Assembly: GCA_963837955.1 (NCBI GenBank)
Contig: CAWIPH010000002.1
Coordinates: forward strand, 608,001-672,000
Direction of reading: 5' to 3'
DNA: 64,000 bases
Origin: an uncultured Verrucomicrobiae bacterium
GTDB lineage: Bacteria; Verrucomicrobiota; Verrucomicrobiia; Chthoniobacterales; JAFAMB01
Shown: positions 17,902 through 27,388 of the stretch, piece by piece
Layout of the letters: every line of letters begins with the position of its first letter
How positions within the stretch are numbered: position 1 is the first letter of the stretch
Notes under the pieces: generated by a model
Seen by the model: the letters and a program-made list of their open reading frames with translations, nothing else
Told to the model about the DNA's origin: nothing
The model's database searches: none
Position numbers and translations under genes: made by a program

Positions 17902-19308
17902 TCAAAATTGTTTTCGAAGATTGCTTGGTAGGATGTTTAGTTCTGCCCGATACTTCGCAACCGTCCGTCGCGCAATTGGAATCCCGCGCTCCGACAGGAT
18001 TTCCACAATTTCTTTGTCACTCAAAGGATCGCGAGGGTGTTCGCCGCGAACCAAATCAGCAATCGCTTCTTTCACGCTAGTGTTGCTGAGAGCTACTCCC
18101 TCCGACGTTTGGTAGCCCGGGGTGAAGAAAAATTTCATCTCCAGGACACCTTGCGGTGTGGCCATATATTTTCCGGAAATGGCCCGACTGACCGTGGTTT
18201 CGTGAACGCCGACCGCGTCGGCAATTTGTACCATCGTCATCGGTTTCAGAAAGGCGGTGCCTTCGTCGAGAAACTCCCGCTGCCGTTTTACAATCTCGAT
18301 GGCGATATTCAGGATGGTTTGCTGCCTCTGATGGATGCTTTTAATCAGGAATTTTCCGCTCCGAATCTTCTCACGGATGTAGTCGCGAACCTCTGAACCA
18401 TTCCGTCCCTGCGTCATTAATTCCTTGTAGGTGTTGTTGATGCGAAGATGAGGGATTTGGTCTCCGGTCAAAGAAACGACATATTCGTCTGTTACCTTTT
18501 CTACCATCACATCCGGAAGGACGTAGCTATTTGGCTCCGGAGAAAAAATCTGGCCGGGTTTTGGGTCAAGTGTGGCAATGAAATTCGCCGCCTGCTGGAC
18601 TTGGTCCACGGTTACGCCCAACTTTCTGGCGATGTCCGGGAATTTCTTTTTCCCTAGTTCATCCAAGTGCTGATCAACGATTTGGTATTCCGCGCTATGT
18701 TCTTTGCCGAGCCGTCGCAGTTGGATAAGCAAGCAATCGCGCAGATCCCGCGCACCGACTCCGACCGGATGAAATGTTTGGACCAGACTAAGCATTGCCT
18801 CCAGCCGATCCACTGGCAGCCCCGAGGTCGCAGCAATCTCCTCGATACCGATCGGCAGAAAGCCGAGGTCGTCAATATTACCGATGATCAGCTCGGCAGC
18901 TCGGTGATCAGCTTCTGGAACGTCCGCTGTACTCAGTTGCTCCAGCAAATGCTGCTGCAACGTCTCCTGGTTGGCGATCGAGTCGAGAAAAAACTGGCGC
19001 CGCTCTTCATCTTCCTGGTTCCGCGACGAGTAGCTTACGCTTTGCGACATGAAATCGCGCCATTCCTCATCAAGCTTCGCTAGCTTATCGAATTCCTCCT
19101 GGAAATCGGAATCCTCGGAAGTGCGTTCCTCGCTATCTTGACTGCCAACCTCCTCTTCCAGCAATGGATTGGTCTGCAGTTCCTGTTGAACGAGGTTTCG
19201 GAGTTCCAGCGTTGGGGCCTGCAAGATCTGAAGACTTTGCTGTAACTGGGGTGCGAGCACCTGTTGCAGCGCGAGCCCTTGAATTTGTTGCATGCCTGGT
19301 CCAGCCAT
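17902..19308 (-). CDS. rpoN: RNA polymerase sigma-54 factor
   Basis: Gln/Leu-rich region I, HETTVSRA helix-turn-helix, RpoN box ARRTVAKYR. Confidence 0.97.
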   Translation of the reverse strand: MAGPGMQQIQGLALQQVLAPQLQQSLQILQAPTLELRNLVQQELQTNPLLEEEVGSQDSEERTSEDSDFQEEFDKLAKLDEEWRDFMSQSVSYSSRNQEDEERRQFFLDSIANQETLQQHLLEQLSTADVPEADHRAAELIIGNIDDLGFLPIGIEEIAATSGLPVDRLEAMLSLVQTFHPVGVGARDLRDCLLIQLRRLGKEHSAEYQIVDQHLDELGKKKFPDIARKLGVTVDQVQQAANFIATLDPKPGQIFSPEPNSYVLPDVMVEKVTDEYVVSLTGDQIPHLRINNTYKELMTQGRNGSEVRDYIREKIRSGKFLIKSIHQRQQTILNIAIEIVKRQREFLDEGTAFLKPMTMVQIADAVGVHETTVSRAISGKYMATPQGVLEMKFFFTPGYQTSEGVALSNTSVKEAIADLVRGEHPRDPLSDKEIVEILSERGIPIARRTVAKYRAELNILPSNLRKQF

Positions 19309-19331
19309 AAGGAGAATTGAGACTAAAAGAT

Positions 19332-19347
19332 TGGCACAGAAACTGCA
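19332..19347 (+). promoter_or_regulatory. Sigma-54 -24/-12 site, oriented opposite to rpoN
   Basis: TGGCAC-AGAAA-CTGCA with exact GG-N10-GC spacing, 23 bp upstream of the rpoN ATG. Confidence 0.7.
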
Positions 19348-19580
19348 AGGGCACCACAAAGGAGTTTGAATAACGCTGTTAATGACGACTTTAAACAGCG
19401 ATTCTGCTCAGAAGTCCGCTTGGCCAAAGAAGATCCGAAGCGAACTTTTTCCGCCGGTGCCAAGCGCTGACGCACAAGGGCCGTCGGCGGGTCCCAAACA
19501 ACCTATCAATAGTCGAAGGCCTTGTTTCAGGTGCTAGCGCCCCTTGCCGGAAGCCTCGTTGAGTTCGAAATCTCCCGCGG

Positions 19581-20951
19581 CTAGGCCTTGTGATGTTTCA
19601 GGTCCAGTTTGCGATATAACGTCGCAATGCTAATACCGAGCATGCTCGCAGTCTTTTCCCTGGAGCCCTGATTAAATTTCAAAGTCAGTTCGATATATTT
19701 TCGTTCCTGCGCTCGAACAAAGTTGTCGAGTGGCTGCCCAACCTGCCAATCGGCTTCAGATACCGTTTCGAACGAGTCGCGATCATAGAGAACTGGCGCT
19801 GGCAGGTCTTCCGATCTGATGATGCCGTCTTCGCAAAGGGCGCTTGCTCTTTCGATTACATTTTCCAGTTCGCGAACATTGCCTGGCCAGCTGTAGCGCA
19901 TCAGCTGTTCAAGAGCTTTGGGCTCGATCTTCTTCTGTTCCGTTACGCTCTGGAGCGCATATTTTTGCAGAAAATACTGAGCGAGCAGGGGAATATCTTC
20001 AATCCGTTCTCGCAACGGAGGGATGTCGATCGGGATAACCGCCAGACGATAGAAAAGGTCCTCGCGAAATCCTCCTGTCTTGATCTTGTTCTTTAGTGGT
20101 TCAACTGAGGCGGCAATCGCCCGGACGTTGATCGGAATATTCCGAGTATCCCCGATGCGGCGGATCTGACGTTCTTGCAGGACCCGCAGCAGCTTGGTTT
20201 GGAGTTGCAATGACATCGAGTTGATTTCATCAAAAAACAGCGTGCCGTGGTTCGCTTCCTCGAAAAGGCCTATTTTATCCATGACCGCGCCCGTGAAGGC
20301 CCCTTTTTTGTGACCGAAAAGCTCTGACTCCAACAAACTGTCCGGAATGGCGCTGCAATTTACGGTCACGAAAGGGAGATGCTGGCGCGAGCTGTTGTAA
20401 TGCAAAGCACGGGCGATAAGTTCTTTGCCCGTCCCACCTTCCCCTTGGATCAGAATGGTGCTTTCGGTATCCGCAACTTTCCCAATCAGCTTATAGATAT
20501 CCTGCATCCGCTGACTAGTCCCGACCAGGTTCTCAAATTTGTAACGATCTCTAAGTTCGCGCTTAAGCTGGCTATTTTCTCGCAGGGTCGCTTGATAATC
20601 CAAGGCGCGTTGCACGCAGAGCTGTAGTTCGTCGACCTTGAAGGGCTTGGTGATATAATCGTATGCCCCCATTTTCATCGCTTCGACCGCGGTCTCGACC
20701 GAGGCGTAGGCGGTGATCATGATAACCGTCGTATTTGGAAAGCGCTCTCTACATTCGCGGAGGATGTCGAATCCTCCTACCTTTTCCATTTTTACGTCGA
20801 CTATCACTAGCTGGGGATCGATGCGCGCAAGGGCATCTAGGGCCGACTCGGAAGAACTGAACGGAAAAGCCTGATGGCCGCGATCGCGACAAAGGTTGGA
20901 GATTACCTCCACCATCGCGGGTTCGTCGTCGATGATAAGAATCTTAGCCAT
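19581..20951 (-). CDS. NtrC/AtoC-family sigma-54 activator (receiver-AAA+-Fis HTH)
   Basis: ILIIDDE receiver, GEGGTGKE Walker A, ELFGHKKGAFTGA, WPGNVRELEN, LGISIATLYRKL. Confidence 0.95.
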   Translation of the reverse strand: MAKILIIDDEPAMVEVISNLCRDRGHQAFPFSSSESALDALARIDPQLVIVDVKMEKVGGFDILRECRERFPNTTVIMITAYASVETAVEAMKMGAYDYITKPFKVDELQLCVQRALDYQATLRENSQLKRELRDRYKFENLVGTSQRMQDIYKLIGKVADTESTILIQGEGGTGKELIARALHYNSSRQHLPFVTVNCSAIPDSLLESELFGHKKGAFTGAVMDKIGLFEEANHGTLFFDEINSMSLQLQTKLLRVLQERQIRRIGDTRNIPINVRAIAASVEPLKNKIKTGGFREDLFYRLAVIPIDIPPLRERIEDIPLLAQYFLQKYALQSVTEQKKIEPKALEQLMRYSWPGNVRELENVIERASALCEDGIIRSEDLPAPVLYDRDSFETVSEADWQVGQPLDNFVRAQERKYIELTLKFNQGSREKTASMLGISIATLYRKLDLKHHKA

Positions 20952-21091
20952 CCGAGTACTCGGTTTTATATAACTTATGATAATTGTAAACACATAAGCG
21001 AGAAAACTTTCCAGTTTGCGAGAATTGAAAATGCGACCAAATGATAGCTCCCAACCGATTACCCGATGCACGCCAGCCGTGTCTAAATGGC

Positions 21092-21973
21092 TCAGTGTCC
21101 CTCGTCTGATGAAGCCGGCTCGTCCGTCCGATCGGTCGTATCGACAATCGCTTCAGCAGGACAGCCTAGCTTAATGAGCCCATAACTCAGCAAGGCCTTG
21201 CTATCATCCCAAATACCAGGCTTGTCGGTGTGGAGAACCACCGAAATGACTTCGTGACCGCCGCGCAGAGCGGAGCTCACTAATACCTGCTGAGCTATCC
21301 GCGTGTAGCCCGTCTTCAAGCCGTTGCACCCGGCAAAATGACGCAGCAATCGATTGTGATTTCGTAAGAGGTCAACCTCACCGGAAGGAGCCTTCCAGGT
21401 GTAGTACACCGTCGATACAATCTCGCGGAAAAGCGGCTGCTGCATGGCCGCTCGGCCAACCAGAACGAGGTCGTGCGCTGTCGTAAAGTGGTTTGGGTCG
21501 TGCAGACCGTGAGGATTCATGAAGTGACTAGATGTTGCCCCTAGTTGCGCTGCTCGGAGATTCATTTTCTCCGCAAATGCTGTGACGGATCCGGCATTAT
21601 CACGGGCCAGCGCCATGGCGACGTCGTTCGCACTCTTCAAAAGTAGTCCGTACAACAATTGGCGGCGCGTATATTGTTCGCCCGGTTTCAACCCCAGGCT
21701 ACTGGGCTCCACTTTGGTGTCGGCGAGATCGACGGTTACGATGTGATCGAGGTCCCCTGATTCGATCACGATGAGAGCGGTAAGAATTTTGGTGGAGCTT
21801 GCCGGGTATTGTCTCGCGTTTTCGTTTTTCGCAAAGAGAAAGTCTCCACTGTACGAGTCTACCACGGCCGCGCTCTGAGCAACGACGTTCAGCGCTTCCC
21901 CGAATAACGGGGTAGCGGCGCAAGCAAGCATTAGGATGGCTAATCCACCAATTTTCCGTTGACCATCATCCAT
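21092..21973 (-). CDS. D-Ala-D-Ala carboxypeptidase (peptidase S11)
   Basis: PASSTK (SxxK), SAN (SxN), KTG motifs. Confidence 0.92.
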   Translation of the reverse strand: MDDGQRKIGGLAILMLACAATPLFGEALNVVAQSAAVVDSYSGDFLFAKNENARQYPASSTKILTALIVIESGDLDHIVTVDLADTKVEPSSLGLKPGEQYTRRQLLYGLLLKSANDVAMALARDNAGSVTAFAEKMNLRAAQLGATSSHFMNPHGLHDPNHFTTAHDLVLVGRAAMQQPLFREIVSTVYYTWKAPSGEVDLLRNHNRLLRHFAGCNGLKTGYTRIAQQVLVSSALRGGHEVISVVLHTDKPGIWDDSKALLSYGLIKLGCPAEAIVDTTDRTDEPASSDEGH

Positions 21974-23163
21974 TCGATCGAGCTTCGATACTCCACGATC
22001 GCGTCGTGAACCTTCTCGGCGTTGCCAGAATACGGAATTGCAATGGCATCGGCAAGAAAACCGGGAGCAATTCTTCCAAGGTTGCTACCTTGTTGCAATG
22101 CCCGAGCCGGATTCACCGTGACCATTTCGAGCAGTTCCAACGGGCTTAGGGAGGGGTAACTCTGCCGCGCCATCCGCATCTCAGAGAAGAGATTTAGCGA
22201 GTCGTTGCTCGCGAGGCTGTCAGTTCCGATGCAGATGTTCAATCCGATCTCGCACAGTTTTTCCATCGGAAAACGATTGTGATGAAGAAACCGATGACTT
22301 TTGGGGCAATGCACGATGGAAAGGCTCTGCCACTCGGGCTGCGTTAGTAGCGTAAAATCGGACTCATCCAACTCGTTGGCGTGAACGAGGATGCACCGGT
22401 TGTCGACCAGGTTGGACAAAAGTAAATACCTTAAGGGAGACATCGCTCCGCAATCATCCATTCTCCGTCCCATCTTGTGGAGAAAGTCGAAAAGCTCTCC
22501 TCGTCCCAAGGCAAACATTTGATACTCCGGCCAAGACTCGGAGACATGGGTGGTCCAGGGCACTTGAAACGTCTGCGCAAACTCGTTGCTGATGCGATAC
22601 AGATCGGCGGAGGCTGTATAGGGGGCGTGTGGACTCAGGCCGAAGCCGCCCAGCCAAGATTTTGGTGATTCAAAGAACAGCCAAGATCCAAATGCGTTGT
22701 CGTCTAGCCATGGCCGCGGCCGGATGTCGATTAATTCGAGACAAAACCAGGAACGAATCGCGGGTGGAGACAGCCGAGGCATCACTTGGGGTGCCGAAAC
22801 AATATTGAGAACCGTGGTAACGCCGTAATCGCGCAACTCCTGCAGCCCTAATTCAGTCGCCTTGACATAATCGTCGTCGGTAAGTGAGCGTTTGAGAGCG
22901 TTGATCCGTCCAATCCATTGCGGAAAATTCCGCGAAGGCAGGATCGTACCTCGTAACAAGGTATAGTCGAGGTGACAATGCCCATTGATTAGGCCGGGCA
23001 AAACAACCATCTCTCCTAGATCGACTACCTCTCCCCGATGATGAGGGAGCACCTCGGCCGCTGGCCCCACCGGGCCAAAGCGGTCCTCTTCGACCACAAA
23101 TGCTCCGTCTAAGATTGTGCCGGAATCCATTGTCACCAAAATCCGGCAGCGATATGCGGTCAT
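21940..23163 (-). CDS. Metal-dependent amidohydrolase (nucleoside/aminofutalosine deaminase-like)
   Basis: INGHCHLD, PHAPY, HVSES, HCPKS, GTDS motifs. Confidence 0.85.
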   Translation of the reverse strand: MTAYRCRILVTMDSGTILDGAFVVEEDRFGPVGPAAEVLPHHRGEVVDLGEMVVLPGLINGHCHLDYTLLRGTILPSRNFPQWIGRINALKRSLTDDDYVKATELGLQELRDYGVTTVLNIVSAPQVMPRLSPPAIRSWFCLELIDIRPRPWLDDNAFGSWLFFESPKSWLGGFGLSPHAPYTASADLYRISNEFAQTFQVPWTTHVSESWPEYQMFALGRGELFDFLHKMGRRMDDCGAMSPLRYLLLSNLVDNRCILVHANELDESDFTLLTQPEWQSLSIVHCPKSHRFLHHNRFPMEKLCEIGLNICIGTDSLASNDSLNLFSEMRMARQSYPSLSPLELLEMVTVNPARALQQGSNLGRIAPGFLADAIAIPYSGNAEKVHDAIVEYRSSIEWMMVNGKLVD

Positions 23164-23810
23164 GGTGAGCCCTGTTTGACCGTCTTTCGCGCTTCCGCAA
23201 TAAAAAGATTGCAGGCCTCAAGACAGAGAAATGGGACGGTTGGCCTGCCTTGCTCAAGCTGATCATGCTTCGGTTCAAACTTTGTGGCTGGCAGATTTCC
23301 GTCTGGACGCTTTCCTTGAGTTGTCCACAAGATCGTTCGTAGACAAGCGTGGTCGGACCGGCAGAATCGTCCGGCCAGTTCGTTGGCTTCGGCGTCGGTC
23401 AATTTTTGAGTCACGCGGTACATGCCGGTTTGCCGGCTTAAGGTGACGCGTAAATCGACGGGATTGACTCGCCCTTCCTGCCTCGCGGCCCAGCTAGCGA
23501 GTGCTCCCGGATAAAAAGAGTCGATTGCGAGTTTTAAAGCATCTATTGAGTCCAGCTGAAGCTCCCAACCGGCTGGCAGTGTCGGCGCGCCCTTGAGCGG
23601 ACGATATCGCCCTTCTCGATCGAATCGTGCCAGTTCGCGGGCGGCCGCCGACCCCGAGTAGATGCGAAGATCAGCACCGGCTGCCTTGCCTGGATCTGCG
23701 TCTTGCCAGTGGCGCACGACGAAGAGGGTATCGCTGAGCCGTCGCACATTGATCTCTCCGAGATTCAGACTGCCGTTGGCGAGGATGCATTGAAGCTGGT
23801 CGCGGATCAT
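23160..23810 (-). CDS. DR2241-family 4Fe-4S protein
   Basis: YRPLKGAPTLPAGW, FYPG, RQTGMY, C-x4-C-LR, CLEAC. Confidence 0.8.
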   Translation of the reverse strand: MIRDQLQCILANGSLNLGEINVRRLSDTLFVVRHWQDADPGKAAGADLRIYSGSAAARELARFDREGRYRPLKGAPTLPAGWELQLDSIDALKLAIDSFYPGALASWAARQEGRVNPVDLRVTLSRQTGMYRVTQKLTDAEANELAGRFCRSDHACLRTILWTTQGKRPDGNLPATKFEPKHDQLEQGRPTVPFLCLEACNLFIAEARKTVKQGSP

Positions 23811-23811
23811 G

Positions 23812-24699
23812 TCAATGGTCGGCCGTGGGCGCGGGATGCTTTTGATCGAACTGCTTTACCATCTCGAGGATGATCTCAGCCATCATCGGATCGGTACCAA
23901 TTGCGCTTGCGTAGTAGAGGGTACGCCCATTCAGCATGAACGGATTTCTTCTGAAAACCTCCTGTTGACTAGCGGCCCCTATCGATTCGGACTGAATGCC
24001 TAGAAGCACCGGAATGTCTTCGTAGCTGTGAAGGCCATCCGAAATAAAAAATGGCACCACGACCACATGCGGATAGAGCGCGAGTGCTTGCCACCCGGAT
24101 ATCAACGGTTCCTCTTCCATGTAAGCCGCGCAGACCTGCGCATAGATATTGCGCGCTTGGATTTCCTTGACCTGTGTCTTGACGGCAACAGCCGAGTTTT
24201 CGTTTAGACCTGTTCCGTGCCCGACAATAACCAGAGTCGTCTGACTAGGCGGGATATTTGGAGCAGTCCGGCCGGCCTGGTGCAAAAGGAGATCGGTCAT
24301 GTGCGGATGGTTGCCCACTGGCTCGCAATATTTGATTACCTTGTTGTCAAGCTGGGTGATCGGTCCGGTGAGTTCCAGCTCTCGCGGTATGACTTTCTGG
24401 GTGAAATACCCTTCGCTAATGAAATGTGGAACGACGTAAACATCGTTGGTTTCGACCATCCGAAGGATTTCTCGGAGGCTGGGTTCTTCCTTCCAAAAGG
24501 CGCAAAGCACTTCTGCAAAAACGCCTCTTCGTCGGATCTCGTCGGCATGATCAAACGTCGGGGTACTGGAATCCGGATTGACGGTGGAACCATGGCCGAC
24601 CACGATGAGGCTGCTCTCCGGCTTGGCCAGTCCGATCGACCCTTTGTTAGTTTGCTGAGTTTCTGCGGTCACTACTGAGAAAACGTTTGGTGCACGCAC
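23812..24699 (-). CDS. CbiX/SirB-type class II chelatase (two CbiX domains)
   Basis: VVGHGS...EEPSL...VPHF and IVGHGT...EEEP...VPFFISDGLHSYEDIP. Confidence 0.85.
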   Translation of the reverse strand: MRAPNVFSVVTAETQQTNKGSIGLAKPESSLIVVGHGSTVNPDSSTPTFDHADEIRRRGVFAEVLCAFWKEEPSLREILRMVETNDVYVVPHFISEGYFTQKVIPRELELTGPITQLDNKVIKYCEPVGNHPHMTDLLLHQAGRTAPNIPPSQTTLVIVGHGTGLNENSAVAVKTQVKEIQARNIYAQVCAAYMEEEPLISGWQALALYPHVVVVPFFISDGLHSYEDIPVLLGIQSESIGAASQQEVFRRNPFMLNGRTLYYASAIGTDPMMAEIILEMVKQFDQKHPAPTADH

Positions 24700-24705
24700 C
24701 AGTCT

Positions 24706-25455
24706 TCAAAATAGTCCTACCGTTTCTGGATCCGGTAAAGCCCATCCTCGCCAGCGCGCCACATATTCCGCTCGCGGCAGGCAGACGTAATGCGGGTTAC
24801 CGTTCTGTCGCAGCCATCGAATGAGTGTGACCAAATTCGATTCTGCCATGGTCGTGCATCCAGCCGATGGGCGGGTCGGTCCGCGACGAATATGAAAGAA
24901 TATCGCGCTCCCATATCCGGGCACGGGTGGATCGGAGTTGTGCCGGACCTCGACCAGCCAGCGATAAGCGAAGTCCCCTAACCGCATCTTAGCCTTTTCA
25001 TACCACGCGGGCGGATTCTTTGGGTCGACCTCAACGTGCTGGTTATAATTCGGGCTATTCACGTCATCGACCCACGCATCCCCCGGTCGCACGGTGTGGA
25101 ACGGATACTCGGAACCGGCTGGTAGCGACTGATCGTAGGTGTAAATAGTGCCGATTTTGAAAACGCCGGCCGGCGCACGATTGTCCCTTTCGACCTTGAT
25201 AGGCCCGCCGGCCTGTCCAACGATCTCGCCGCGTCCCCAAGCCAACCCATGCTTGCCGAAAAGCACATCCATTGGCGCACCCACCCGTTCCCATTTGCCA
25301 TTCAACTTTTGCAGCCGCTGCACCTTGCCCGTCATGCTATCCCAGGTCGGCGCGATCCCGACAATGAGTTGGGTCACCGCGCTCTCAAGTTGCGTTCCAG
25401 CGAAAGCATGGATCGGCGCCGTGATCCAGCAGAGTGCGAAAGCCAGGCATTTCAT
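24706..25455 (-). CDS. L,D-transpeptidase/carboxypeptidase (YkuD-like)
   Basis: GSAIFFHIRRGPTRPSAGC (HxxxxxxxxSxGC catalytic motif); signal-peptide-like start MKCLAFAL. Confidence 0.85.
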   Translation of the reverse strand: MKCLAFALCWITAPIHAFAGTQLESAVTQLIVGIAPTWDSMTGKVQRLQKLNGKWERVGAPMDVLFGKHGLAWGRGEIVGQAGGPIKVERDNRAPAGVFKIGTIYTYDQSLPAGSEYPFHTVRPGDAWVDDVNSPNYNQHVEVDPKNPPAWYEKAKMRLGDFAYRWLVEVRHNSDPPVPGYGSAIFFHIRRGPTRPSAGCTTMAESNLVTLIRWLRQNGNPHYVCLPRAEYVARWRGWALPDPETVGLF

Positions 25456-25493
25456 GCGGGAGCGCTTCCCTATCGACCACCTCCCGCGACGGA

Positions 25494-26657
25494 TCATTTC
25501 AACGGGCCGCCAGGGCAAATTAGATCGATGAACCGGCGTCCTTCCGCTGTCAGTACGGTGGTTGAGCCGCGACTCTGGACATGGCCTTTGGTCATCAAAT
25601 TTTGAGGATAAGGGGAGGGGTGTACCCAGCTGAGAATCGGCTCAGTGGTCGGGTCCGCGACCGCGCGAATACGCAACGGCAATCCGGTCCGGTCGAACAT
25701 TAACTCCCAAGATTGACCAACGGGACTGCCCTGGATGAGCCAGGGATAACGCTCTTGCAGATCCATTTTTGGCGAGCGCGGTACTATGATCCGGTACCAA
25801 GGCTCTCCGCTTTGCACGAACTGCGCGACGGTGAGCGCGGGATTTTTTTGTAATTCGAGATAGAAACGTCCGATATCGAGCCCGGCTAGATTCATCCCAT
25901 TATAGATTCCGTGACGATCAACATCCTTCGGGAAGTACTTGCCTTGCCATTCACTGAAATGGCCATTCAGCATCAAGTTCAACTCGAGGTGAACATGGGC
26001 ACGTTCCCGGTCGATCCCTTCCCCTGTGTGGCCCATGATGGCCAGCGGCGCGTTCTGAGCGACCTGGTCTCCAGGTTTTGCTGTGATGACGTTAAGATGG
26101 GCGTAAAGACTGTAATAGGGACAGTTATCAAATGAGTGCTCAACTACGACGTATCTGCCGTAATTGGAATAGCCGGCGACCGGATTCGTGTAAACTACCT
26201 TGCCCGCGGCGATAGCATGGACCACATCGGTTGGTTCTCCGGCGGCGTCCCGGTTCAAAGGGCGAATATCGATTCCTTCGTGAAACCGTGTGTAGATAAC
26301 GGCAGAACCAAATCGGGCCGGATTTCGGACAAAACCGTACTGTCCCCCTTCCCACGGCTGACTTACCTGTCCCTCGAAATCGCGCTGGACGTACTGGTAA
26401 AAGCTAGCCGGATCATTGTGAAGGAGACCTTGATTTTCCGTAGGCAGAATGAGCATTGGTTGCTGGCTCTGAACGATTTCAGGGAGGAGCAAAAGATATC
26501 CGAGGATAATGCCGAACAGTGCCGGCTGCCCGCAGCGTTGAAAGACGGGCCGGAGGAAGACGCTCAACCTTGACCGGTTCACTCCCGACGAGCCGATGCG
26601 CGCTTGCGTGAAAAGCAAGGAACACCGCATACGAAAGCTAAGAACTCCAGGCGGCAT
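25494..26657 (-). CDS. M23-family peptidoglycan endopeptidase (start uncertain)
   Basis: FHEGIDI (HxxxD), YAHL, AHVHLE (HxH). Confidence 0.88.
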   Translation of the reverse strand: MPPGVLSFRMRCSLLFTQARIGSSGVNRSRLSVFLRPVFQRCGQPALFGIILGYLLLLPEIVQSQQPMLILPTENQGLLHNDPASFYQYVQRDFEGQVSQPWEGGQYGFVRNPARFGSAVIYTRFHEGIDIRPLNRDAAGEPTDVVHAIAAGKVVYTNPVAGYSNYGRYVVVEHSFDNCPYYSLYAHLNVITAKPGDQVAQNAPLAIMGHTGEGIDRERAHVHLELNLMLNGHFSEWQGKYFPKDVDRHGIYNGMNLAGLDIGRFYLELQKNPALTVAQFVQSGEPWYRIIVPRSPKMDLQERYPWLIQGSPVGQSWELMFDRTGLPLRIRAVADPTTEPILSWVHPSPYPQNLMTKGHVQSRGSTTVLTAEGRRFIDLICPGGPLK

Positions 26658-26720
26658 GCACGATTGATAAAGGAACGGATAGGATTTGCAACAAACCTGG
26701 TGTTTCGCTAAACGGTCCTG

Positions 26721-27260
26721 ATGAATTTTCGTCTGAAGTTGTGGACTGTGATGGTCTTATGCCTGGCTGGTTGCTCGTCGCAAGGGCTTTACCGCTGGGT
26801 CCCCTTTGCCGGACACGGGAAGAAGGATCAGGTCGCGACTAAAGCAAGATCCGAAAAAAATAATCCGTTTGGCCCAGTCACCGGCCCCGTAAATTATGGC
26901 TTGGAGATGCGGGTGATAGTTAATCCAGACCCAGTTAAGCTGAGCGATGCCCGGTCCCTGGAAGTACGCATTCAGTTGATCAATCGGATGAAGAAAACCC
27001 AAAACCTGCTATTCGACACCGGCCGTGAATACGATTTCGTCTTGCGGGATGCTAGCGGCAAAAAGCTGGTGCAATGGTCGGATGATCAACCGGCCAATCC
27101 GAACCCAGGTTACGTGATCGTCAACCCGAATGAGCGTTCCGAATTCGTTGGTACTATCTCAACCCGAGATATGGTCGCCGGGAGATCATACGTTCTCGAG
27201 GCGATGATCGTCGGCTACGACAAAATGCGGACGACGATAAACCTGGAACCGATCAAGTAA
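26721..27260 (+). CDS. Lipoprotein with BsuPI-like (proteinase inhibitor, Ig-fold) domain
   Basis: Lipobox LAGC; LFDTGREYDFVLRDASGKKLVQWSDD resembles the BsuPI pattern. Confidence 0.65.
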   Translation: MNFRLKLWTVMVLCLAGCSSQGLYRWVPFAGHGKKDQVATKARSEKNNPFGPVTGPVNYGLEMRVIVNPDPVKLSDARSLEVRIQLINRMKKTQNLLFDTGREYDFVLRDASGKKLVQWSDDQPANPNPGYVIVNPNERSEFVGTISTRDMVAGRSYVLEAMIVGYDKMRTTINLEPIK

Positions 27261-27388
27261 GCTGCCGCTGAGATTTGCTTGGGCGATGCTCGATGGATAC
27301 TTGCGAGCACGCCCAAGAATCAGGAAGGCAGATCCTTTGCCCTGATCAGCTCCGAGCAAACCCTAAAGCTAACCGAGGCCGTAGGGAG

